34,473 nt of DNA from contig CAJPKS010000001.1 in NCBI GenBank assembly GCA_905371285.1, forward strand, positions 1 to 34,473, read 5' to 3'. Each line of letters starts with the position of its first letter. The first letter of the stretch is position 1. This DNA comes from Haemophilus sp. HMSC068C11. Lineage in GTDB: Bacteria; Pseudomonadota; Gammaproteobacteria; Enterobacterales; Pasteurellaceae. This document shows positions 1 to 8,514 of this stretch, one piece after another. The position numbers and the translations under genes are program-made. Below the pieces are notes generated by a model that was given only the letters and a program-made list of their open reading frames with translations, was not told the DNA's origin and searched no databases.

Positions 1-27
1 AATAATAAGAATTTAATCTAAATAAAG

Positions 28-56
28 AAAGGTTGGTATTTTACCAACCTTTTTTT
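28..56. terminator. Intrinsic terminator hairpin downstream of ispF, probably bidirectional
   Basis: AAAGGTTGGTA-ttt-TACCAACCTTT inverted repeat with A/T tails. Confidence 0.7.
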
Positions 57-65
57 ACCTAAAAT

Positions 66-542
66 TTAAGCTTTTAATAATAATGCGACAGCCTCGCAAG
101 CAATGCCTTCACTTCGGCCTGTAAAGCCAAGTTTTTCTGTTGTGGTTGCTTTCACGTTGACTTGCTCAATATCACAATGTAAATCTTCCGCAATTTTCGC
201 TCGCATTGCATCGATATGAGGACGCATTTTAGGGGCTTGTGCAATAATGGTTACATCCACATTACCTACTTTATAGCCTTTTGCTTGTACTTGGCGGAAT
301 GCTTCTCGTAATAAAACACGGCTATCTGCATTCTTATATTGCATATCGGTATCAGGGAAGAGTTTACCAATATCACCTAATGCTACTGCACCTAATAAAG
401 CATCTGTTAAGGCATGTAAGGCGACATCGCCATCAGAATGGGCAATAAACCCAGTGTGGTAAGGCACTTTAACGCCACCAATAATTAAAGGGCGGTCTTC
501 ACCAAAGGCATGAACATCAAACCCATGTCCAATTCGTATCAT
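66..542 (-). CDS. ispF: 2-C-methyl-D-erythritol 2,4-cyclodiphosphate synthase
   Basis: [11 protein letters not shown] and [10 protein letters not shown] motifs; 4-nt overlap with ispD. Confidence 0.98.
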   Translation of the reverse strand: MIRIGHGFDVHAFGEDRPLIIGGVKVPYHTGFIAHSDGDVALHALTDALLGAVALGDIGKLFPDTDMQYKNADSRVLLREAFRQVQAKGYKVGNVDVTIIAQAPKMRPHIDAMRAKIAEDLHCDIEQVNVKATTTEKLGFTGRSEGIACEAVALLLKA

Positions 543-1222
543 AGTGTTTTCCTTGTTAAATAAAATTCGGCTAAAGCTAAATCTTCTGGACGCGTGACTT
601 TAATATTATCACTTCGTCCTGCGACTAAGTGCGGTTGAAATCCGGCAAGTTCCATCGCAGAGGCTTCATCTGTAATATTGGCGCCTTGAGAAAGCCCCTG
701 TTCAAGCGCATTTCTTAATAGATCGCAACGGAAAAATTGAGGCGTCTGAGCAAGCCAAAGTTCAGCGCGATCTTCCGTTTTAATAATATCTTGTTGTTTA
801 TTTGCGCGTTTAATCGTATCGACCGCTGGAATAGCTAAAATAGCACCTTGCTCATCATCGATTTGGAGCAATTTATCTAAATCTTGATGGGTTAAACAAG
901 GTCTGGCTGCATCATGCACCAATACCCAAGCTTGGTCATTTTTGATCGTATTTAGTCCATTTAGAACTGACTCAGCTCGTGTTTCACCACCTTCAACGAG
1001 GGTGATGTTTTGATGAGGGAATAAGGTAATTTCAGAAAGATAGGGATCATTTTTTCCCACCGAAAGGATAACGTGATTGATTGCAGGATGGGATAGAATG
1101 ACTGAGAGCGTATGTTCCAGAATCGTCTTGTCTAGGATTTTCAGATATTGCTTCGGTTTGTTTGCTTGCATACGGCTTCCAACACCCGCAGCAGGAATGA
1201 CGGCAATAATTTCGCGGTTCAT
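539..1222 (-). CDS. ispD: 2-C-methyl-D-erythritol 4-phosphate cytidylyltransferase
   Basis: [21 protein letters not shown] and [10 protein letters not shown] motifs. Confidence 0.97.
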   Translation of the reverse strand: MNREIIAVIPAAGVGSRMQANKPKQYLKILDKTILEHTLSVILSHPAINHVILSVGKNDPYLSEITLFPHQNITLVEGGETRAESVLNGLNTIKNDQAWVLVHDAARPCLTHQDLDKLLQIDDEQGAILAIPAVDTIKRANKQQDIIKTEDRAELWLAQTPQFFRCDLLRNALEQGLSQGANITDEASAMELAGFQPHLVAGRSDNIKVTRPEDLALAEFYLTRKTL

Positions 1223-1500
1223 TATTTATGCTCTTTGACGATGTGATAGAACACTTCGTTTGGTTTGACCATATCATGACTCATGCGTGCACGCTCTTCA
1301 ATAGATTCAAAGCCTTTTGTTAATCCTTGAATTTCGGCGGAAATCATTTGATTTCTTTGTGAGAGCTTTTCATTTTCAGCTTTATTCTCTTTGATTTGAG
1401 CTGCGACATCTTTGTAGTCAAAATAGCCGTTTTTACCAAACCAAAGATCGTACTGAAATAGCACGAGAATACCCACTAAAATTCCAATGAAAAGACGCAT
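1222..1500 (-). CDS. ftsB: Cell division protein FtsB
   Basis: N-terminal TM helix, LWFGKNG, coiled coil, IEERAR; ftsB-ispD-ispF synteny. Confidence 0.95.
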   Translation of the reverse strand: MRLFIGILVGILVLFQYDLWFGKNGYFDYKDVAAQIKENKAENEKLSQRNQMISAEIQGLTKGFESIEERARMSHDMVKPNEVFYHIVKEHK

Positions 1501-1635
1501 AAATTACCTATTATTTCTGAAAACTGGGGATAGTTTACCGTGAAATACAGCGAAATGCGATGAAAAAGTGCGGTTAAAAAATAAGATGATTTTTGAAATG
1601 ATTTCATCGGGCTTGTTAGATTACTTCAGAATGAA

Positions 1636-1711
1636 AAATGTGATCTATCTCACAAATTAGTTATAAAGTTTGATAAACCCATAGTCACTGCCCAAATAGG
1701 CTTGTTATACT
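1636..1711 (+). promoter_or_regulatory. CRP site (1636-1657) plus extended -10 (TGtTATACT, 1703-1711) of hel
   Basis: AAATGTGA-tctatc-TCACAAAT; centre about -71.5 from inferred +1 near 1718 (class I spacing). Confidence 0.7.
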
Positions 1712-1736
1712 TTTGCCTGTCATTATGACTTTTTAA

Positions 1737-2570
<834 letters not shown>

Positions 2571-2590
2571 TTCCCTTCTTGAGATAAAGC

Positions 2591-2621
2591 AACACCCGCA
2601 GAGATGCGGGTGTTTTGTTTT
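2591..2621. terminator. Terminator between convergent hel and fabR
   Basis: AACACCCGCA-gaga-TGCGGGTGTT followed by T-rich tail. Confidence 0.8.
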
Positions 2622-2637
2622 AGTCGAAAAGTGCGGT

Positions 2638-3261
2638 CTATTTTCGCATCATTTTTTCTTTATGCGCTGCGAAGTCACCACCTTTAGCAAGCATGCGAAG
2701 CTGTAAGATAACGCGTTCTTTTAACAAATCTTGTTCAGCTTTGGTCATATCTAAGGCATTAGAGCCCGCCGTGAATACGATGGTTACCATGCCTTCTGCT
2801 TGTACATAAGAGACATATTGAGAGTAGTGATTTTTCTTCGCAATGTATTCAGCTAATTCATCGACAAAGTGTTTGATTTCACGGGCGGCTGCAGTACGGA
2901 ACGCTTGAGAGGTTCCCGAACTTTCACGTAAAAGCAAACGGAACACGTTGGTGCTGTGAGTGATAAATTCAAAAAAGGTTTCAACAGAAACACGGATGAC
3001 ACTACCGCCGGCATCAATGCGCTTACGTGCTTGACGCATTAATTGGCGAAGCGTTAAGCCAGCCTCATCAACCATTTCTAATCCGAGCTCATCCATATCG
3101 CTAAAGTGGCGATAGAAAGAAGTTGGAGCAATACCTGCTTCACGCGCAACTTCACGTAAGCTTAAATTAGAAAAGCTTTTTTCTGCACTCAACTGATTGA
3201 ACGCTGCGTCAATTAAGGCTCGACGGGTTTTTTCTTTTTGAATTGCTCGAACGCCTGCCAT
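2638..3261 (-). CDS. fabR: TetR-family repressor FabR
   Basis: [21 protein letters not shown] and [24 protein letters not shown]; downstream of oxyR. Confidence 0.93.
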   Translation of the reverse strand: MAGVRAIQKEKTRRALIDAAFNQLSAEKSFSNLSLREVAREAGIAPTSFYRHFSDMDELGLEMVDEAGLTLRQLMRQARKRIDAGGSVIRVSVETFFEFITHSTNVFRLLLRESSGTSQAFRTAAAREIKHFVDELAEYIAKKNHYSQYVSYVQAEGMVTIVFTAGSNALDMTKAEQDLLKERVILQLRMLAKGGDFAAHKEKMMRK

Positions 3262-3286
3262 TTGGTTTTCCTCAGTCTATGATGAA

Positions 3287-4192
3287 TTATTTTTTATTCG
3301 CTAAAATTGATTTAACTTGTTCACTGATCGCATTTGCAACGCGTTCGTAACGATTACGTAGTGGTGATCCTGGACGGTAAACAAGCGCAATAGTACGAGC
3401 GGGTTCTGGTGAATGGCAAGGAATATATTTTACGCCTTTACGTGTGCCTTCATTTAATACAGCAAGTTCTGGCATAAAGGTAATACCTGCATTGGCTGCC
3501 ACCATATTACGTAAGGTTTCTAGACTCGTCGCTTGGAAGTGAGAATCTTCTTTCGCTCCTGCCGTAAAACAATAATCTAACGCCTGATTACGTAAGCAGT
3601 GCCCATCATCTAACATGAGCATTTCTTGCCCTTTTAGGGTATTCATGGCAATTTTGCTTTCTGAAGCCCATGGATGTTCTTCTGAAACAGCGAGTAACAT
3701 TTTTTCATCAAAAATGGGTACTTCGATAAAGGCTTCAGTTTCAGGTACACGAGCCACAATTGCACAATCTAGGCGACCCGTTTCTAATTGTTCTAATAAT
3801 TGATGCGTTTGAGCTTCGTAAAGAAATACTTCAAGATCAGGGAAAGTTTCTTTTAATGTTGGTACAATGTAAGGAAGTAGATAAGGGCCAACAGTAGGGA
3901 TGAGTCCAATGTGTAATGGACCTGTCATTTCTTTACCTTGATTGCTTGCCATTTCTTTAAGTAATTTTACTTCACGTAATACAGTGCGAGCTTGCTCAAC
4001 AAGCAACATACCTGATTGCGTGAAAAGCACTTTACGGCTAGTACGTTCAAGTAAAATAATGCCTAACTCATCTTCGAGTTTGCGGATTTGACCACTTAAA
4101 GTCGGTTGGCTAACATTGCAAGAATCTGCTGCACGACGGAAATGTTTGAATTCAGAAAGAGCAACTAAGTATTCTAAATCACGAATATTCAT
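3287..4192 (-). CDS. oxyR: Peroxide-sensing LysR regulator OxyR
   Basis: LysR HTH MNIRDLEYL; redox cysteines in GHCLRNQALDYC. Confidence 0.97.
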   Translation of the reverse strand: MNIRDLEYLVALSEFKHFRRAADSCNVSQPTLSGQIRKLEDELGIILLERTSRKVLFTQSGMLLVEQARTVLREVKLLKEMASNQGKEMTGPLHIGLIPTVGPYLLPYIVPTLKETFPDLEVFLYEAQTHQLLEQLETGRLDCAIVARVPETEAFIEVPIFDEKMLLAVSEEHPWASESKIAMNTLKGQEMLMLDDGHCLRNQALDYCFTAGAKEDSHFQATSLETLRNMVAANAGITFMPELAVLNEGTRKGVKYIPCHSPEPARTIALVYRPGSPLRNRYERVANAISEQVKSILANKK

Positions 4193-4206
4193 AGGGTTCT
4201 CACTTT

Positions 4207-4272
4207 ATAGAATATGTCAATTAAAAGGATAGAATTAATTGATTGTAACTATATCACAAAACTTTCTATAAT
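4207..4272 (+). promoter_or_regulatory. OxyR operator (4207-4243) and pgdX promoter (-10 TATAAT 4267-4272)
   Basis: ATAG-N7-CAAT-N7-ATAG-N7-TGAT matches the OxyR ATAG-N7-CTAT tetrad spacing and abuts the -35 region. Confidence 0.75.
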
Positions 4273-4323
4273 GCCTATCAAGTTTTTAAGGCAAATTCAT
4301 TTAACTAACAGAGGAGACACATT

Positions 4324-5049
4324 ATGTCTAATATGGAAGGAAAAAAAGTCCCACAAGTTACATTTCGTACTCGTCAAGGTGATCAATGGGTTGATGTGAC
4401 TACATCTGAATTATTTGATAACAAAACAGTTGTTGTTTTCTCATTACCAGGTGCGTTCACGCCAACTTGTTCATCTTCTCACTTACCACGTTATAACGAG
4501 CTTGCGCCCGTTTTCAAACAACATGGTGTAGATGATATTTTAGTTGTATCAGTAAATGATACGTTTGTGATGAATGCGTGGAAAGAAGCTGAAGAAGCAC
4601 ATAACGTAAAATTCATTCCAGATGGTAACGGTACCTTCACTGAAGGTATGGGCATGTTAGTTGGAAAAGATGATTTAGGTTTTGGTAAACGTTCTTGGCG
4701 TTATTCTATGCTCGTGAAAAATGGCGTAGTGGAAAAAATGTTTATTGAACCAAATGAACCAGGCGATCCATTTAAAGTATCAGATGCAGATACCATGTTG
4801 AAATACATTGCACCAAATTACCAAGTGCAAGAATCAATCTCAATCTTCACTAAACCTGGTTGCCCATATTGTGCGAAAGCAAAACAACTTTTACGCGATA
4901 AAGGTTTAAGCTTTGAAGAAATCGTATTAGGTCACGATGCAACAATCGTGAGTGTACGTGCAGTTTCTGGTCGTTCAACTGTGCCACAAGTATTCATTGG
5001 TGGTAAACACATCGGCGGTAGCGACGATTTAGAAAAATACTTTGCATAA
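4324..5049 (+). CDS. pgdX: Hybrid peroxiredoxin-glutaredoxin (Prx5-Grx)
   Basis: PGAFTPTCS Prx5 motif fused to a CPYC...TVPQVFIGG Grx domain; divergent from oxyR. Confidence 0.95.
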   Translation: MSNMEGKKVPQVTFRTRQGDQWVDVTTSELFDNKTVVVFSLPGAFTPTCSSSHLPRYNELAPVFKQHGVDDILVVSVNDTFVMNAWKEAEEAHNVKFIPDGNGTFTEGMGMLVGKDDLGFGKRSWRYSMLVKNGVVEKMFIEPNEPGDPFKVSDADTMLKYIAPNYQVQESISIFTKPGCPYCAKAKQLLRDKGLSFEEIVLGHDATIVSVRAVSGRSTVPQVFIGGKHIGGSDDLEKYFA

Positions 5050-5100
5050 TTGATTGCAGGTAGGAATTTTTTATATTTTTGATTATTAGGAACATAATTT

Positions 5101-5126
5101 AAAAGGGAGCGAAAGCTCCCTTTTTT
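5101..5126. terminator. Bidirectional intrinsic terminator
   Basis: AAAAGGGAGC-gaaa-GCTCCCTTTTTT. Confidence 0.85.
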
Positions 5127-5150
5127 GTTGTCTATTGTCTTGTTATGTTC

Positions 5151-5468
5151 TTAAGCGTTAAAACCAATGTAGCAAACTGAGATTAAAACGACATAAAAAA
5201 CGACCGCACTTAACAGTAATAATTTTACGGCTAGTTTTGGTTTATGTTGATGCAATTTATAAAGTAAACGCGCAATTAAGACTAAAACAAAGGGATAAAC
5301 CCAAAAGATAATAGAGAAAAGATCGATCTGAAAACCGCTCAGTGTAGGGTTTTTTACAAAAGCAGTAGAAAGCAGAGAGGCCATAGGCCACAGTAAAATG
5401 GGTAAACAAAATGCCGCAAGTCCCCAAGTGAAGCCACTAAATCCTGTCGGCATAGTTTGTTTTTTCAT
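5151..5468 (-). CDS. Small 3-TM membrane protein, DUF5389-like
   Basis: 105-aa ORF with three hydrophobic segments; family assignment from recall, unverified. Confidence 0.7.
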   Translation of the reverse strand: MKKQTMPTGFSGFTWGLAAFCLPILLWPMASLLSTAFVKNPTLSGFQIDLFSIIFWVYPFVLVLIARLLYKLHQHKPKLAVKLLLLSAVVFYVVLISVCYIGFNA

Positions 5469-5518
5469 AATGAACCTTATATGATGAACAAAAATTAAAT
5501 GAAAAAGGAATATAGCAA

Positions 5519-6145
5519 ATGCAGCCTTTATTTGGTAGCGAAACTGATGGGATTCAAGAGAGAAAATTGGTGAAACGTCTATTAAGAAAGAAAAAAATTA
5601 CGTTTATTTTGACCGCACTTTGCGCGTTGATTTATCTTTTGCAGAATATCGGATTTGAAGAGCCAATTATGGATTTATTCCATTATCCGGCTTATTCTTG
5701 GGAAGATCAGGAAGTATGGCGCTATTTCACTCATGCTATTGTTCATTTGTCGGTACCGCATATTTTATTTAATCTTTCGTGGTTTTGGTTATTCGGTGGC
5801 GCGATTGAACGCCGATTTGGTTCTCTCCATTTTTTATTATTAGTTTTAGTCTCTGCTGCAGTGAGTGGCGCTGTACAGAATTATTTTACCGGTCCCGCCT
5901 TTTTCGGGCTATCTGGTGTGGTTTATGCCGTGTTAGGTTATGTGTTGGTGGTGGACAAATTGCACCCGCATAGTTTTGACTTACCAGAAGGCTTTTTTAC
6001 AATGTTACTGGTAGGGCTTGTATTTGGCTTTATTAGTCCGCTTTTTGGTATTAATATAGGGAACGCTGCCCACATTTCAGGCTTTATCTTAGGATTGGTT
6101 TGGGGATTTCTGCAGAGTAAAATTAAAGCTAAATCGTTTAGCTAA
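5519..6145 (+). CDS. glpG: Rhomboid intramembrane serine protease; alternative GTG start at 5570
   Basis: WRY, HILFN, catalytic GLSG and NAAHISG motifs; upstream of glpR. Confidence 0.95.
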   Translation: MQPLFGSETDGIQERKLVKRLLRKKKITFILTALCALIYLLQNIGFEEPIMDLFHYPAYSWEDQEVWRYFTHAIVHLSVPHILFNLSWFWLFGGAIERRFGSLHFLLLVLVSAAVSGAVQNYFTGPAFFGLSGVVYAVLGYVLVVDKLHPHSFDLPEGFFTMLLVGLVFGFISPLFGINIGNAAHISGFILGLVWGFLQSKIKAKSFS

Positions 6146-6166
6146 TTCAAATTTATAGGCATTTAT

Positions 6167-6922
6167 ATGAAGCAATCATTACGCCATCAGAAAATAATTG
6201 AGCTTGTAAAGCTAAAAGGATATGCCAGCACTGAAGAGCTGGTTATAGAACTGGAAGTCAGCCCTCAGACTATTCGACGCGATCTGAATATCCTTGCAGA
6301 ACAAGATTTAATTCGTCGTCATCATGGTGGTGCCGCTCCTTCTTCTACCGCAGAAAACTCTGATTACATTGAACGTAAACAATTTTTCCCTTCTCAAAAA
6401 AGCGCCATTGCTCGCGAAGTGGCAAAACGTATTCCAAACGGTGCATCCTTATTTATTGATATTGGTACCACGCCTGAAGCGGTAGCTAGCGCCCTGTTAA
6501 ATCATGAACGGTTACGCATTGTGACGAATAATATCAATGCGGCTCATTTATTACGACAAAATGAAACCTTTGATATTACGATGGCAGGTGGCTCCTTACG
6601 TAAGGATGGTGGAATCATTGGTGAGGCAACGGTTAATTTTATTTCGCAATTCCGGTTAGACTTTGGAATTCTGGGCATTAGTGCAATAGACCTTGATGGT
6701 TCATTGTTGGACTATGATTACCATGAAGTCCAAGTTAAACGAGCCATTATAGAAAGCTCGCGTCAAACGCTATTAGCGACCGACCATTCGAAATTCTCTC
6801 GACAAGCGATTGTGCGTTTAGGGGAGCTTAAAGATGTAGATTATCTTTTCACTGATGATGTGCCAAAACAAATTGCGGATTATTTAGAAAATAGCAATAC
6901 AAGGTTAGTGATTTGCAAATGA
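6167..6922 (+). CDS. glpR: DeoR-family regulator GlpR
   Basis: VSPQTIRRDL HTH, RHHGGA, FIDIGTT, DHSKF. Confidence 0.92.
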   Translation: MKQSLRHQKIIELVKLKGYASTEELVIELEVSPQTIRRDLNILAEQDLIRRHHGGAAPSSTAENSDYIERKQFFPSQKSAIAREVAKRIPNGASLFIDIGTTPEAVASALLNHERLRIVTNNINAAHLLRQNETFDITMAGGSLRKDGGIIGEATVNFISQFRLDFGILGISAIDLDGSLLDYDYHEVQVKRAIIESSRQTLLATDHSKFSRQAIVRLGELKDVDYLFTDDVPKQIADYLENSNTRLVICK

Positions 6923-6924
6923 TA

Positions 6925-7214
6925 GAAATAGGAAGTGCGGCCAAAATTGACCGCACTTTTTTGGTAAGCATCCATGCCTAGCCACTGCTGTTTCGACCAA
7001 TTCAAAATTAACTTCATTCACCCAACCTCCTTATTGATGTGAGATGAAACTAATTTTGCTGCAATAGTTGTTAAATTTTAGGGATACAAATGGAGGGCAA
7101 ATCATTCGACTGCCAATTCTTTATTTAGGACAACGGGGAAGGTTTGCTTGAAGAGTCAAGAAAGACTAGAGCTTGATAGATCAAGTGGGTACATCGAGAT
7201 CCCTCTCTAAATGT
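6925..7214 (-). ncRNA. Putative CRP-activated structured sRNA with three loop-displayed GGA (CsrA-type) motifs
   Basis: Own promoter and CRP site; hairpins at 7191-7214, 7003-7058 and 6962-6984; G-U pairs form only on the minus strand; no long ORF. Confidence 0.55.
6933..6962. terminator. glpR terminator formed by an inverted USS pair
   Basis: AAGTGCGGCCAA-aa-TTGACCGCACTT followed by T-tract. Confidence 0.85.
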
Positions 7215-7220
7215 AATTTA

Positions 7221-7285
7221 TTTATACTGCTGTTTTGGTAAAAAGGGAATCTTAAAATTATAAATATGTGATCGAGATCACAAAT
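7221..7285 (-). promoter_or_regulatory. CRP site (7264-7285) and -10 TATAAA (7226-7221) facing the intergenic region
   Basis: ATATGTGA-tcgaga-TCACAAAT is near consensus; centre about -61 from inferred +1 at 7214 or 7213. Confidence 0.75.
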
Positions 7286-7292
7286 TAAATGC

Positions 7293-7333
7293 AAAAAGAA
7301 AGCTGCTTATTTTTGTTTAAAAAATAAGCAGCT
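7293..7333 (-). terminator. trmL terminator
   Basis: AGCTGCTTATTTTT-N5-AAAAATAAGCAGCT with a minus-strand U-rich tail. Confidence 0.8.
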
Positions 7334-7345
7334 ATTTTATTGGTT

Positions 7346-7831
<486 letters not shown>

Positions 7832-8416
7832 CTAATCTTTTTGATACAGACGGTAACTTACCATACCTGTGGTTTTTTCTTTCAGTAATTGCCAATTGTC
7901 AGGCACGCTAAGTGGTTTGTCTTTTTCTGTTTCAACATAAATCAACGCATGAGGTAACAGCCAATTTTTTTCTTCTAAAAGGGCTATTGCTTGTTCTGCT
8001 AAACCAAAATGGAAAGGTGGATCTAAAAATACCACATCAAAGTGCGGTTGATTTTGCGCTTGTTTTAAAAATTCTAAGCTATTTTGATTAATCACTTGGG
8101 CTTGTTCAGCTGGCGTTTTTAGCGTTTGCAAATTTTTTTTTAATTGATTCGCTACGGTTTTATCCAACTCTAAAAACGTTACCTGTTTCGCTTGTCGAGA
8201 AAGAGCCTCAAAGCCAAGTGAGCCACTGCCTGCAAAGCAATCAAGACAATGGCTATCCACAATGTAAGGCATCAACCAGTTGAATAAGGTTTCTTTTACG
8301 CGATCGCCTGTTGGACGCAAACCTTCAGCATTTAAAACCGGTAATTTTCGTCCACGCCAAAGACCCGCGATGATTCGAACTTCGCCTTTGGCATTTTGAA
8401 CTTGCATTTTTTTCAT
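7832..8416 (-). CDS. rsmD: 16S rRNA m2G966 methyltransferase
   Basis: RIIAGLWRGRKL, LRPT.DRVKETLFNWL, FAGSGSLG, DPPF; divergent from ftsY. Confidence 0.96.
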   Translation of the reverse strand: MKKMQVQNAKGEVRIIAGLWRGRKLPVLNAEGLRPTGDRVKETLFNWLMPYIVDSHCLDCFAGSGSLGFEALSRQAKQVTFLELDKTVANQLKKNLQTLKTPAEQAQVINQNSLEFLKQAQNQPHFDVVFLDPPFHFGLAEQAIALLEEKNWLLPHALIYVETEKDKPLSVPDNWQLLKEKTTGMVSYRLYQKD

Positions 8417-8514
8417 AAAGAAACAGATTTTTAGTGAAAATTGTGCTTAGTTTAGACGATTTTTTGCTAGAATAGGCAGTATTTTTTACAGATTTGTGTT
8501 TAAGAGAAGAATTT

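Noticed and set aside
7031..7105. 24-codon minus-strand ORF MICPPFVSLKFNNYCSKISFISHQ
   Set aside because: No SD; consistent with chance, although its stop overlaps the TAAGGAGG motif.
7078..7142. GGA-rich plus-strand tract as a plus-strand CsrB-like RNA
   Set aside because: No convincing plus-strand promoter after the glpR terminator; the CRP/-10 geometry and G-U pairing favour the minus strand. Not fully excluded.
7172..7185. FNR-like box TTGAT-ag-ATCAA
   Set aside because: The spacer is 2 bp, not the required 4 bp.
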